The notes: generated by a model not told the origin, from the sequence alone. A stretch of DNA of 64,000 nt from Methanobacteriota archaeon (GCA_963769885.1 CAVYNH010000001.1:13234-77233), one strand, 5' to 3'. Shown: positions 20,540 through 31,280, counted from the stretch's first letter. Translations and numbers: made by a program.

Positions 20540-20668
20540 ATGGCAACCCGTGCATGCCCCCGCTGCGGCCAGGCCATTGACGTGCAATTCCCGATCCGCC
20601 ACTACATCTGTCGGGACTGCCGACGCTCTCTGTATCCGTGGCTCTCGACCCAGAAAACAGGATTATAA
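20540..20668 (+). CDS. Small zinc-finger protein (42 aa)
   Basis: CPRCG...YICRDC. Confidence 0.5.
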   Translation: MATRACPRCGQAIDVQFPIRHYICRDCRRSLYPWLSTQKTGL

Positions 20669-20697
20669 GGGGAGAACGATTTCACTGTCACTGTCGT

Positions 20698-21435
20698 ATG
20701 TGCTACAGTCTCGCAGTCCTCAGTCCGAAGGAGATGATCCGGGCGCGATTCAACGTCACTCTTCCCCCGGACGAGCCCCATCCGCAGTACTATTATGTTT
20801 CCGCGTTCGACTACCCGCGGCTGCCGGTCATCACCAGCGCGTCGCCGCAGACTCTGTCCTATTTTCAGTGGGGGCTGATTCCGTCCTGGGTGAAGACCAC
20901 GCAGGAGGCGGAGACCGTGCGGAAGAAGACGATGAACGCCCGTGCAGAGAGCATCTATGAGAAGCCCGCCTTCCGCCGGGCGGCCGCGTCGCAGCACTGC
21001 CTGGTTGTCGCGGACGGGTTCTTCGAGTGGCAGGAGGTCAATGGGCGCAAATACCCGTATTTCGTCCGGTTGAAGACCAAGGAGCCGTTCGCCCTGGCCG
21101 GCCTCTGGGATTCCTGGGCTGACCCATCGACACGCCAGCAGCTGTGTACGGTGAGCGTCGTGACGTGTCCGGCGAGCCCGTTGCTGGCGGTGATTCATAA
21201 CACGGCGAAGCGCATGCCGGTGCTGTTGCCCCCGGCGGTGGAGCGGCGGTGGATCGACCCGCGGCTGCCGATGTCGGAGGCCCAGGCGCTGCTCGTGCCG
21301 TGTACCGACGAGATCTTGGAGGCGTTCACGGTCGCGAAGATTCCGACTGGCAGCAGGGACGCGAACCGGCCGGAGACGATTGCGCCGCATCGCTACGCGG
21401 AGCTATCCTCGCGAGGTCAGTCCTCGCTGTTTTGA
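20698..21435 (+). CDS. SRAP family abasic-site processing protein (YedK/HMCES)
   Basis: N-terminal MC, WGLIPSW, NARAES, CLVVADGFFEW, IHN.AKRMPVLL. Confidence 0.93.
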   Translation: MCYSLAVLSPKEMIRARFNVTLPPDEPHPQYYYVSAFDYPRLPVITSASPQTLSYFQWGLIPSWVKTTQEAETVRKKTMNARAESIYEKPAFRRAAASQHCLVVADGFFEWQEVNGRKYPYFVRLKTKEPFALAGLWDSWADPSTRQQLCTVSVVTCPASPLLAVIHNTAKRMPVLLPPAVERRWIDPRLPMSEAQALLVPCTDEILEAFTVAKIPTGSRDANRPETIAPHRYAELSSRGQSSLF

Positions 21436-21521
21436 ACATCTTTGGTTAGCGAAACCCGTATATAGGTCGAGCTAATTAATGGGCCCCAACATAAAGCAGA
21501 AACCCCTTTGAGGTAGCAACG

Positions 21522-21839
21522 ATGGCATTCATAGACCGGATGGAAAAGAACATCGCGAAGCTGGAGAGACGCATCGAGCGCGAGCAAGGGCGGATCGCCA
21601 AGCTGGAAGAGAAATGCGAGGCCAAGAAGATCACCAGGGCTGACTACAACATCAAGCGCCGGGAAAGCGACGAGCGTACCCGGGGCTGGAACGCCCGGAT
21701 CCAGACGCTGAAGGGCGGCATCGTCCGCGAGAAGAAACACCTCGAGGAAAAACAAGAGGAAAAAGAGAAGAAGCGCGAGGAAAAAGAAAAGAAGAAGGAA
21801 CGCGCAGAGAAAAAGGAAGAGGCAAAAGAATCGCCCTAA
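21522..21839 (+). CDS. Charged coiled-coil hypothetical protein
   Basis: GAGG RBS; K/E-rich 105 aa. Confidence 0.75.
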   Translation: MAFIDRMEKNIAKLERRIEREQGRIAKLEEKCEAKKITRADYNIKRRESDERTRGWNARIQTLKGGIVREKKHLEEKQEEKEKKREEKEKKKERAEKKEEAKESP

Positions 21840-21863
21840 TCCTTTTTCATTATTTTTTCACTT

Positions 21864-22139
21864 TCATCGTCGGACCGCGAACGAGGGAAATGCCCCGGAG
21901 AAGTCCGCGAAGTTCACCGCCACATCCTCCACTTTTGCGAACGGCGGGCCTTTCCGGCACCATTTGATCATGTCCTCGACTCTGGTCCGGTCTCCTTCAA
22001 AGACCGCCTCGACGCAGCCGTCCTCGGTGTTGCGCACCCAGCCCTTCAACCCGAGTTCTTCTGCCTTGCGCTGGGTGCTCGACCGGAACCAGACGCCCTG
22101 CACCATCCCTGAGACTATCACGTGGGCATGCACCTTCAT
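21864..22139 (-). CDS. acyP: Acylphosphatase
   Basis: VSGMVQGVWFR, GWVRN, GPPFAKV. Confidence 0.95.
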   Translation of the reverse strand: MKVHAHVIVSGMVQGVWFRSSTQRKAEELGLKGWVRNTEDGCVEAVFEGDRTRVEDMIKWCRKGPPFAKVEDVAVNFADFSGAFPSFAVRR

Positions 22140-22163
22140 TGTCCTCACAACTCCTCCAAATTT

Positions 22164-23474
22164 CTATGGGCGGAACCGCAGCAGCGTGCGTGGGAACGGG
22201 ATCGTATCCTTGATGTTCTCCGAATGGCAGATCCACGCCACCGTCCGCTCGACGCCAAGGCCGTAGCCGGCGTGCGGCACCGAGCCGAACCGCCGCAAAT
22301 CAAAGTACCACTGATAGTTCTCGACCTTCTCCCCCATCTTCCGCAGCCGCTCAGACATGTACGCGATGTCGGTGCTGCGCTGCGAGCCGCCGATGAGCTC
22401 CCCGTACCCATCCGGCGCCAGCATATCGAAACACAACGCGGTCTTCGGGTCCTTAGGGTCCGGCGACTTGTAAAACGCCATGATGTCCAACGGATAGTTC
22501 GTCACCACCACCGGCGTCTGAAAATGCTTCATGATGCTATCCTCCTCGATGGTGCGGAGGTCCTTGCCCCACTCGACCTCCATCCCCTCCTTCTTCCGCA
22601 AGACCTCTAATGCCTCCGTATAGGTAATAGTTGGATACGAGGCGGTGGCCAACCGCTGCAGGCGATGGGTATCGCACTCGAGGACTTTGAGGTCAGCGGC
22701 GTTCTTCTCCAACACCTGGCTGACGATGAAGCGGATCTCGTCCTTGGCGATCTCCGTGATGTCATGCAGGTCCATCCAGGCGGCCTCCATCTCCGCCATC
22801 CAGAACTCCGAGAGATGCCGCGACGTCTTCGACCGCTCCGCCCGGAACGTCGGCCCCACGTTATAGATCTTCTCCAACGCGAAGACACCGGCCTCCGCGT
22901 ACAGCTGCCAGGACTGCGACAGGTACGTCTTATCCTGGTAATACTTGACCTCAAACAGCGTCGAGCCGCCCTCACACTGGTTCGGCTGCAGCACCGGCGC
23001 ATCAAACTCATAGAACCCCCGGTCGCGGAAGAACTGATGGATCGCCCCGACCACCGTCGACCGGATCTTCATCGTCGCCGTTAATTTCCGGGACCGAAGC
23101 CACAGATGCCGCTGATCAAGCAGGAACTCCGGGCTCTGATCCTTCGTGATCGGGAACGGCTCCGCCGCATTCACCACCGTCACCGTACGGGCGAGAATCT
23201 CGTAGCCGCCCGGTGCCCGCGGATCCACCTTGACCTCACCACAGAGCTCCACCGACGACTCTATCAACGCGGCCTTCGCCGCCTCGAACTCCGCATCCAG
23301 CAGATTCCCCTTCTTCACCGTCACCTGGATCACGCCGGAGACGTCCCGCAGCGTCATGAACACGATGTTCCCGCTGCTCCGAGTCCGATAGATCCAGCCT
23401 CGGAGGCAGACCCGCTGCCCCGCCGGCATCCCAATAAGCACATCCTGGACTTGAGACCACGCTGTCGTCGCCAT
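22164..23474 (-). CDS. asnS: Asparagine--tRNA ligase
   Basis: OB fold, EGGSTLF, YLSQSWQLY, FRAERSKTSRHLSEFW, GYGLGVER, IPFPR. Confidence 0.92.
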   Translation of the reverse strand: MATTAWSQVQDVLIGMPAGQRVCLRGWIYRTRSSGNIVFMTLRDVSGVIQVTVKKGNLLDAEFEAAKAALIESSVELCGEVKVDPRAPGGYEILARTVTVVNAAEPFPITKDQSPEFLLDQRHLWLRSRKLTATMKIRSTVVGAIHQFFRDRGFYEFDAPVLQPNQCEGGSTLFEVKYYQDKTYLSQSWQLYAEAGVFALEKIYNVGPTFRAERSKTSRHLSEFWMAEMEAAWMDLHDITEIAKDEIRFIVSQVLEKNAADLKVLECDTHRLQRLATASYPTITYTEALEVLRKKEGMEVEWGKDLRTIEEDSIMKHFQTPVVVTNYPLDIMAFYKSPDPKDPKTALCFDMLAPDGYGELIGGSQRSTDIAYMSERLRKMGEKVENYQWYFDLRRFGSVPHAGYGLGVERTVAWICHSENIKDTIPFPRTLLRFRP

Positions 23475-23669
23475 ACTCAGACCAAGGGGATAAGTTAGCC
23501 AGATAAAGCAATTACGGTCAAACCAGCCACCAACCTCCCCTGAGTCGCGGCCGCCACTCTCAGATACCATGGACCAAATGCTTAAGTAGGGGTTTTTTTA
23601 TATTGGCAATACTTTCCCATCCTTATTCCGATGAGAATTCACATCTAATCCTACACTGGGGTATCAACC

Positions 23670-24299
23670 TTGCCAGAAGAAGAGAAACAACCAACCGAAG
23701 CCGGAGAGCAACCAACCGAAGCGCCACGCAAGGAGAAACAAGAGGCCGGTAAACAGCCCAAAAAAGAAAAGAAGCAAAAACCAGCCGGCGAAGAAGGCGC
23801 CAAGAAAAAGGTCGAACACGACGCGAACTTCAACTACATCGTCCGCATCGCCAACACCGACATCAACGGCGAACGCAACGTCGTCCAAGGCCTCACCAGC
23901 ATCAAGGGCATCGGCCGCCACATGGCCGCCTTCGTCGCAGACGCCTCAGGCGTCGACCGTAACCTCAAATTCGGCACCCTCAGCGAAACCCAGATCCAAC
24001 AAATCCAGACCGCGCTCCAGAACATCGAGACCACCGCCCCCGCCTGGATGATGAACCGCCGCAAAGACCTCTACACCGGCGAAAACCAGCACCTCATCAG
24101 CGTCGAAGTCGCCACTAGGCTTCGCGACGACATCAACCTCATGAAGATGATCCGCAGCTACAAAGGAGTCCGCCACGAGGCAGGACTCCCCGTCCGCGGC
24201 CAACGCACCCGCGCCAACGGCCGCTTCGGACTCGCGCTCGGCGTCTCCAAACGCCGCGAAGTCAAACCAGGCGGAGCAGGAGCAAAGAAAGAGGAGTAG
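23670..24299 (+). CDS. rps13: 30S ribosomal protein S13 with a charged N-terminal extension
   Basis: IVRIANTDI, IKGIG, GLPVRGQRT; TTG start. Confidence 0.96.
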   Translation: MPEEEKQPTEAGEQPTEAPRKEKQEAGKQPKKEKKQKPAGEEGAKKKVEHDANFNYIVRIANTDINGERNVVQGLTSIKGIGRHMAAFVADASGVDRNLKFGTLSETQIQQIQTALQNIETTAPAWMMNRRKDLYTGENQHLISVEVATRLRDDINLMKMIRSYKGVRHEAGLPVRGQRTRANGRFGLALGVSKRREVKPGGAGAKKEE

Positions 24300-24305
24300 T
24301 AACCC

Positions 24306-25091
24306 ATGAGCAGCCCAAAGTTCCCCAGCAAGAAATACGAGACTCCCCTGCACCCCTGGAAAGAGAGCCGGATCAAGGCTGAACGCGAAATCATCAAGAA
24401 ATATGGCTTGAAGAATCACGTCGAGGTCTGGAAGGCGAAGACATACCTGGGCAAGAACCGTCACCATGCCCGTGAGCTCCTCGCCAAGGTCGGCACCCCG
24501 ACCCCTCAGGTCAAGAAAGAGAGCGACCAGCTCCTCAACCACCTCACCCACATGGGCATCCTGCCCATGGGATCGTCCCTCGACGACGTCCTCGCGTTGG
24601 ACATCGACACCGTCTTGAACCGACGCCTGCAGACCCTCGTCTACCTGAAAGGCTTCTCCAGCACCCCGTTCCAGGCCCGCCAGCTGATCAGTCACGGGCA
24701 CATCGCCATCGGGCCGCAGAAAGTCACGGTCCCCGGTTACATGGTCCCCAAGGAACAGGAGACCCTCATCCAGTACACCATGAAATCCCCGCTGAACGAG
24801 CTGTCCCACCCGGCCCGACCGAAGATCGAAGGCCTCGCTCGCCCAGCCGCGCCATTGCCACGTGAGCCTGGAGCAGCACCCGCCCCTACCCCTACTCCTG
24901 CTCCTGCCCCTGCCGCTCCTCAACCCGGTGCAGCGACACCAGAGGCACCCCGTCCGGCCCCGGCGGCACAGCCCGCGCCGACGGCGCCCCCACGGCAAAC
25001 GGAGCCGCGCCCGAAGAAGGCCAAGAAACCGAGGAGAGAAGAGAAGAAGCCTGCTGAGACGGCGAAGGAGCCGACAAAGGAGGCTGCGTAA
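24306..25091 (+). CDS. rps4: 30S ribosomal protein S4 with a Pro/Ala/Lys-rich tail
   Basis: [23 protein letters not shown]. Confidence 0.96.
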   Translation: MSSPKFPSKKYETPLHPWKESRIKAEREIIKKYGLKNHVEVWKAKTYLGKNRHHARELLAKVGTPTPQVKKESDQLLNHLTHMGILPMGSSLDDVLALDIDTVLNRRLQTLVYLKGFSSTPFQARQLISHGHIAIGPQKVTVPGYMVPKEQETLIQYTMKSPLNELSHPARPKIEGLARPAAPLPREPGAAPAPTPTPAPAPAAPQPGAATPEAPRPAPAAQPAPTAPPRQTEPRPKKAKKPRREEKKPAETAKEPTKEAA

Positions 25092-25093
25092 GC

Positions 25094-25477
25094 ATGGCAC
25101 GAAAAGGCATCGCCCATATCTATTCTTCATTTAACAACATCATCATCACCATCACTGATTCGACGGGAGCTGAGACCGTCGCGAAATGCTCGGGAGGCAT
25201 GGTCACCAAATCCGCAAAGGATGAGGGATCCCCCTACGTCGCGATGCGCGTTGCTCAGGCCGCCGCTGAGGCTGCTTTGGAGAAGGGGTTTGACAACGTC
25301 AACGTCCTGATTCGCGGTAAGGGCGGCAAGAAGGGCGGTACTCCCGGCCGAGGTGCCCAGACGGCGATCCGCTCGCTGGTGCGGGCTGGCTTGAAGATCG
25401 GTACGATTGAAGATGTGACCCCGCATCCGCATGATGGCTGCAAGCCGAAGGGCGGGAAACGCGGCCGTCGGATCTAA
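25094..25477 (+). CDS. rps11: 30S ribosomal protein S11
   Basis: [27 protein letters not shown]. Confidence 0.97.
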   Translation: MARKGIAHIYSSFNNIIITITDSTGAETVAKCSGGMVTKSAKDEGSPYVAMRVAQAAAEAALEKGFDNVNVLIRGKGGKKGGTPGRGAQTAIRSLVRAGLKIGTIEDVTPHPHDGCKPKGGKRGRRI

Positions 25478-25479
25478 GG

Positions 25480-26280
25480 GTGACCCTTATGATCGTGAAG
25501 TCGATGGAGTTTAAAGGGAATAAGGCTGAGGTTCGGCTTGAGGACACGGATCTGTATTTTGTCAACTCGCTGCGCCGGGTGATGCTGGCGGAGCTGCCGA
25601 AGCTGGCCATCGACGACGTCATCATCTACGACAACACCAGCCCGCTGTTCGATGAGATCATCGCGCATCGGCTCTCGCTCATCCCTATCCCCACGGACCT
25701 GGAGCTGCTGACGTATCGGAGTCAGTGCAAATGCGAAGGCAAAGGCTGTCCGAGCTGCACCGTGCGCTACACGCTGAGCAAGGAGGGCGCCGGGGTCGTC
25801 TACTCTGGTGACCTGCAGCCGGAGCATCCCAGTTTTGCGATTAAGGAGACCCGGATTCCGATCGTGGAGTTGTCCAAGGACCAGCGGGTGATCCTCGAGG
25901 TCGAGGCCGTGCTGGGCAAAGGCCGGGAGCATGCCAAGTGGCAGCCGGTGATCGCCCCGCGGTACAGCATGGAGCCGGTCATCGAGATGGACAAGAAGCA
26001 TCTCACCGAGGCCAAGGCGTTCCTGTCTGAGCTGCCTGCGGGGCTGGTCGAGGTCAAGGGGACGACGGTCGTGCTGAAGGACCGGTCCCGCCTGCCGGAG
26101 CTGGAGCAGTACCTGGAGCGCGGCAAGGAGGGCAGCGTCACCCTGCGGCGGGATCCGACGCGGATCACGTTCACGTTTGAGACCGACGGGTCGCTGAGTC
26201 CCAAGGACGCCTTGAAGGAGTCGGTGGCGATACTTTTGCGGAAGTACGAGGAGTTCGCTACGCGCCTCAAGAAGCTCTGA
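25480..26280 (+). CDS. rpoD: DNA-directed RNA polymerase subunit D (Rpo3)
   Basis: NSLRRVML, DEIIAHRLSLIP, CKC..GCPSC, HAKWQP, FETDGSL. Confidence 0.96.
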   Translation: MTLMIVKSMEFKGNKAEVRLEDTDLYFVNSLRRVMLAELPKLAIDDVIIYDNTSPLFDEIIAHRLSLIPIPTDLELLTYRSQCKCEGKGCPSCTVRYTLSKEGAGVVYSGDLQPEHPSFAIKETRIPIVELSKDQRVILEVEAVLGKGREHAKWQPVIAPRYSMEPVIEMDKKHLTEAKAFLSELPAGLVEVKGTTVVLKDRSRLPELEQYLERGKEGSVTLRRDPTRITFTFETDGSLSPKDALKESVAILLRKYEEFATRLKKL

Positions 26281-26462
26281 GTTGATTGTTCTCATACCTT
26301 CCCGATGAGTCAACTATTTTATCTGAATGGTCAAGTTACTTGTTAATTATTTTACTAATTGTTTCCCTTGATAAACACCGTTTTCAGTTGGTTCCGTGTT
26401 GCTGGTGCGTCTAAGGTTTTATTAAGGACGCGATGATTTTTATTCGTAATAGAGGAAGGAAA

Positions 26463-28940
26463 ATGGCTAGAAAACTACTCGCTATTCTTGCATGCCTGCT
26501 CATGATGGGCAGCGTGTTCGTAGGCATCTCTTCCAGTGGAACACCAAAAACCGGCACCCTGACCGTCACCATCCCCGTCGGCCCCTACACCATCGAGCAC
26601 ACCCCGCAGGGCGACGTTATCTCCGTCGAAGGATACGGCCGCCTCCTCACCCCGGGCAAGCCGAGTCTGCCATCCCGCATCTTCTCCATCGCCATCCCAC
26701 CAGGCGCAACGGTCGTAGACGTCAACGCTGATTCGACGGAAACCCCGATCGTAGGAGTCTATACTATACCGCCGGCGACGCTGCCGCGCGTTATCGGGGA
26801 AGAAGACCCCAGCGTCTACGCGCAGGAGCTGCAGACCTACCAGTCCAACTACGCCAGCGTCTACTTCACCAACGCCCCGTACCCATCCACCGTCGCACAA
26901 CTCGTCGGCGCCGGCGGTTACCGGAAATACAACCTCGTCGACATCCGTATCAACCCCATCGCCTACAACCCTATCGAAAGCACCTTGACTCTCCGTTCCT
27001 CGATCTCGGTCACACTCTCGTACACGATTCCTGATGGCGTCCAATTAATGAATGACAACCTTCCAAGCACTGAGCGAACAGCCCAGGACATCATCCTTAA
27101 CTATGCGCAGGCACAATCCTGGTATCCCCCCTCTGCCTCAGCGAGGGGGCTGTATGAATATGTCATCATCACTACGGATGCCCTTGCGTCCTCGGTGAGC
27201 GCCCTCTCCTCGTGGGAAAGCACGAAGGGGAAGAGCGTCAACGTGGTGACAACCTCCTGGATCGACAGCCATTACACCGGTTACAACCTCTCTGCGAAAA
27301 TGCGAGCCTTCCTCCGCGAGAAGTATCCCTCCTCGCAGTGGGGCATCGAGGACGTCTGCCTCATCGGCAGCTACGCGGATGTCCCCATGCGGTCCACTGC
27401 GCAGGATGTCGGCTACGGCGCTACCAAGACCGACTACTACTATGCGGAGCTCTCCCTCCCCGACAGCCAATCCTGGGATATTGACGGGGACCACCGATAC
27501 GGCGAGGACTCCGACCCCATTGATTTCCAGGCAGAGGTCAACGTCGGCCGCATCCCCTGGAACACCCCAAGCGTTGTGGCCGGCATCTGCGAAAAATCGG
27601 TCGCCTATGAGCAGAACACGGAGGAATCCTACAAGAAGAACATCCTCCTGCTCGGCTCCTTCTTCTGGGCGGACACCGACAACGCCGTCCTCATGGAGGC
27701 AAAGGTCAACCAGCCGTGGATGTCGGACTGGACGATGACCCGCTTATACGAGGACGCGCAATCTTCCCACCCCTGTAATTATGACCTGACGTACGCCAAC
27801 GTCGAGTCCGTCTGGTCCCAGGGGACGTACGCCTTCGTCGACTGGGCCGGACACGGCTCAGAGGACGCGGCCTATGAGCTGTATCCCCAGCAGCCGTTCG
27901 TTGACGAGGACACGTTGTTGTCTCTCGATGACGGCTATTCAGCGATCGTCTTCGCCGACGCCTGCAGCAACGCGGATTCTGACTACCTCAACATCGCGCA
28001 GGCGACGCTGAAACAGGGCGGCGTCGGGTTCGTCGGCTCCAACAAGGTCGCCCTCGGATGCCCGGGATGGACCGGGCCCATGAGTGGTTCCAGCCAGTCT
28101 CTCGACTACTTCTTCACCACCTGCTGCACCTCCTGTAACTATACCCAGGGTGCAGCGCTGCAGTACGCCCTCCGCCAGATGTACCAGAACAACCTCTGGG
28201 ACTATCTGCGCTACGAGATGTTCGAATGGGGGGACCTGTACGGGAACCCTGATCTCTCCATGGGACCTGCCATTACGAGCAATCCGCCGAGCACCCCCAC
28301 GCTCGTCGGCCCGGCCCACGGTCTCGTGAACTTCACCTACCAATACTCGAGCTCCTCGTCTGACCCGGACGGCGACCAGATTTATTTCTTGTTCGACTGG
28401 GGCGACGGGTTGAACAGCGGCTGGCTCGGGCCTAAGGCCTCGGGATCGACGGCCACGGCGAATCACACCTGGTCTGCGTTAGGCAACTATACCGTGAGAG
28501 TCAAGGCTAAGGATGTCAACGGGGCAGTGAGCGAATGGTCGGCTCCGATTGCCCTGACTATCGCGAAGAATAGCGCGCCTGAGCGTCCTCTGGTCCATGG
28601 GCCGACGTCCGGTGCACCGCGCAAGCCCTGTTCGTACACCATCCAGACCACTGATATCGACGGGGATAACGTCTCCTATTACGTCGACTGGGGCGATGGC
28701 AGGACAACCGACTGGATCGGGCCCTACGCGTCAGGTGAGCAGATCATCCAGAACCATACCTGGCTGATCCGCGGGCTCTATAACGTGAAGGTGAAGGCCC
28801 GAGACGGCCTGGGCTTTGAGAGCGGCTGGGGGACCGTGCAGGTGCACATGCCGTACTATCCGCCGTTGCTGGCCTTGCTGCACCGGCTGTTCGACCGGTT
28901 CCCGAACGCGTTCCCGGTCCTGCGGCATCTCTTCGGTTAG
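26463..28940 (+). CDS. Secreted gingipain-like C25 cysteine peptidase with propeptide and PKD-like domains
   Basis: PGKPSLP propeptide, YVIIT, VGRIP, AGHG / DACS dyad, LYGNP, DWGDG domains, amphipathic C-terminal tail. Confidence 0.9.
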   Translation: MARKLLAILACLLMMGSVFVGISSSGTPKTGTLTVTIPVGPYTIEHTPQGDVISVEGYGRLLTPGKPSLPSRIFSIAIPPGATVVDVNADSTETPIVGVYTIPPATLPRVIGEEDPSVYAQELQTYQSNYASVYFTNAPYPSTVAQLVGAGGYRKYNLVDIRINPIAYNPIESTLTLRSSISVTLSYTIPDGVQLMNDNLPSTERTAQDIILNYAQAQSWYPPSASARGLYEYVIITTDALASSVSALSSWESTKGKSVNVVTTSWIDSHYTGYNLSAKMRAFLREKYPSSQWGIEDVCLIGSYADVPMRSTAQDVGYGATKTDYYYAELSLPDSQSWDIDGDHRYGEDSDPIDFQAEVNVGRIPWNTPSVVAGICEKSVAYEQNTEESYKKNILLLGSFFWADTDNAVLMEAKVNQPWMSDWTMTRLYEDAQSSHPCNYDLTYANVESVWSQGTYAFVDWAGHGSEDAAYELYPQQPFVDEDTLLSLDDGYSAIVFADACSNADSDYLNIAQATLKQGGVGFVGSNKVALGCPGWTGPMSGSSQSLDYFFTTCCTSCNYTQGAALQYALRQMYQNNLWDYLRYEMFEWGDLYGNPDLSMGPAITSNPPSTPTLVGPAHGLVNFTYQYSSSSSDPDGDQIYFLFDWGDGLNSGWLGPKASGSTATANHTWSALGNYTVRVKAKDVNGAVSEWSAPIALTIAKNSAPERPLVHGPTSGAPRKPCSYTIQTTDIDGDNVSYYVDWGDGRTTDWIGPYASGEQIIQNHTWLIRGLYNVKVKARDGLGFESGWGTVQVHMPYYPPLLALLHRLFDRFPNAFPVLRHLFG

Positions 28941-29065
28941 ACGACGTGAGAGGGGATTCCCTCCTCTTTCTTTTTCTTTTTGTCTTTCACCTGGAATTTG
29001 GGAAGAGCTTTTCGGACGGTGAGGCAAATCTAATAACCTGATGCTTTATTACGAGACTTCGCCGC

Positions 29066-29138
29066 GGGCCTGTGGGGTAGCTTGGTATCCTTGTGGCTTC
29101 GGGAGCCATCGACATGCGTTCAAATCGCATCAGGCCCA
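29066..29138 (+). tRNA. tRNA-Pro(CGG)
   Basis: Acceptor GGGCCTG/CAGGCCC+A, D arm, anticodon arm GTGGC-TTCGGGA-GCCAT, T arm ATGCG-TTCAAAT-CGCAT; CCA not encoded. Confidence 0.95.
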
Positions 29139-29362
29139 TTATCTTCTACAGGAGAAAAGTCTGGTAACAGACCCAAATTTGGCGTTCTGTTGGTTTTTTC
29201 CTTGCCTCGCTTTCCTGCTGATAGTTGTGTTGGTTTTTTGTATATAATTAAAGGGCTTGATTCATAATTCCCTGATGGAGGAAAAGAAGAAGGGATATCG
29301 CATCCTAATCGACATGAAATATGATAAATTGAAAAAAGGAAAAAAAGAGGAGAGGTAGGTAA

Positions 29363-30751
29363 TCATTGACCGCAAGTTCTGCAGCTCAGGTGGGGTACGA
29401 GCTGCACGTCATTAATTGAAAATAAAAACAATTTTGCTGTTGCGATAAATGGTGGGCAATCATCGATAACAATAGTCATTGTGATTTTACCTATCCCAAG
29501 AACAAAACCATTTATACTTTCGGTTGCGTACGGTAAAAAGTTGGGTATCATGCCACTCTTATGTGCTCCAAGAAGTATAAGTCCACCAGTTATTGTGACA
29601 CTCCACGGTACGTTAGTTAAAGTTTTATTGCAAATGTTATAGAAATAAATATGATACCCGGGGCCTCCTGTTATGTTGACATAGAAACAGCATTCGCCGC
29701 AGACAGGAGTGTCTTCTATGATGGGCGCTGAAGAATTCTCATCGCTCGTTGCAAATGCCATATTATGGATTATGGTTCCATTCGCGGTTTCTGGACGGAC
29801 AAGAACTAGCAGCCAGACGCATTTGGTTGAGTTCGCTATGATTGTACCGATATCCCAACGGACCGTACGGCTGCTAATGTTATAGCCTGGCGAGGCGTCT
29901 ATGAAACCCGTTTCATTCGGGAGCTGATCGGTGATAATAACATTATGTTGGGTAGATGCATGTGCGGATGTGCAAATTGTGTAATTAATGTACTCGCACT
30001 GCCATACGCAATCGGTTTCGTTGAGGTTGTCAGTCTTTGTAATTATTAAGTGTGAGCCGCAATCGATGTATGCTTCGATTAGCCAGTTGCGATCCCAAAG
30101 ACTACCGTAACTCTGTAATTCAATCCAGCCTGAGCCTGAACCGTCATTATACCAGTCGCCCTTCCCATCCACGGCCGGTCCTGAATCGAACCCTATTGGG
30201 ATTTCATCGGGATCCTGGACCATCTCCACTGATATCCATAAGTCTTCCGTGCAGTTAAATGGTACCGGCGTCGAAAGGGTTACTACAAACCAGCCTGAAT
30301 CATTAACGAAATAGGGCTGTGAACAGAGGAGCTGGCCTGGTGTAGTAGGAGTTCCCTGCCTATATATTTTGATGTTTCCATGAAGATAATTTGCATCCCA
30401 GTGATAGAACTGAACAGCGGTGAGCCGACAGCCGCAATACGGCGCGAGTTCAGTAGGGGTTAACCGTATCGCTGCTTCCCATGTAGCCCCGCCTGATATT
30501 TTAAATCCAACCCATTTGTTTGTATAGTAGTAATAGAGCCATCCTCCATTACAAATCGCGCAGGGTGTGCCTACTTCATGGTTTGTCTGTTGATGTGTAG
30601 CATCGTGAGTGTTTGTATCGAGTAGAAATGGCGCTGTATTTTCTGACTTTTTAATATCTGCCGTCACCATAAGTGATGATAAGATCAGGAGCAACGCAAT
30701 CATTACAATACCAGCATCTTTCAAAATAGTTTTTCCACCAATAGATTTCAT
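29363..30751 (-). CDS. Secreted Cys-rich beta-sandwich protein (DUF11-like domain plus shared C-terminal domain)
   Basis: Signal peptide; ITKTD..INYTI..NVIITDQLP..WDIGTI. Confidence 0.8.
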   Translation of the reverse strand: MKSIGGKTILKDAGIVMIALLLILSSLMVTADIKKSENTAPFLLDTNTHDATHQQTNHEVGTPCAICNGGWLYYYYTNKWVGFKISGGATWEAAIRLTPTELAPYCGCRLTAVQFYHWDANYLHGNIKIYRQGTPTTPGQLLCSQPYFVNDSGWFVVTLSTPVPFNCTEDLWISVEMVQDPDEIPIGFDSGPAVDGKGDWYNDGSGSGWIELQSYGSLWDRNWLIEAYIDCGSHLIITKTDNLNETDCVWQCEYINYTICTSAHASTQHNVIITDQLPNETGFIDASPGYNISSRTVRWDIGTIIANSTKCVWLLVLVRPETANGTIIHNMAFATSDENSSAPIIEDTPVCGECCFYVNITGGPGYHIYFYNICNKTLTNVPWSVTITGGLILLGAHKSGMIPNFLPYATESINGFVLGIGKITMTIVIDDCPPFIATAKLFLFSINDVQLVPHLSCRTCGQ

Positions 30752-31093
30752 CGTTTTCCTCCTTCCCCAAAACTCAGGTTATGAAAAGAAAATCTCTCGA
30801 GGGTATTTATATTTTTTTGTCTGAAATCTTATGAAATAGAAATGGTAAAAAAACCGATGTCGCGCTTCATTTGGCGTTCTCATGAATTTCCTTTCTTTTA
30901 ATAAAGATACTTTTGGAACCTTGTTTAAAACTCTATTTACCCACAATTGATGCTGGGACGCCGTGGTCATTTTAGATTTTGCGATCTATTCCTGCTTTTT
31001 CTATCCTATTCTTGATTGACGTATTTCCTAGGTTGTTTGGGCTTTATGGGAGCCTTTCTAAAAATATGTGTGAGTTAAGTATGGGAAAACATG

Positions 31094-31280
31094 AGAAAAA
31101 AAAGAAAGAGAGAGTCGGATTCAACCGTCCTTAAAACCGACAGGCCTAACAACCGCGTTCTGTCGCCGAGAATTCCTCCTGTTGACCAGATGCAGGTCGC
31201 ATCAGGCCCATCATCTTTTCCAGGAGAAAAGTCCGGCGACAGAGCCAAAAACGGCGTTCTGTTAGTTTTTCGGCCTCGCA
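31094..31280. repeat. Composite att-like site (upstream arm + tRNA 3' core + downstream arm)
   Basis: Upstream arm matches ~32869-32974; downstream arm matches ~29139-29210; 23-bp inverted repeat 31159-31181 / 31221-31243 (18/23). Confidence 0.85.
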
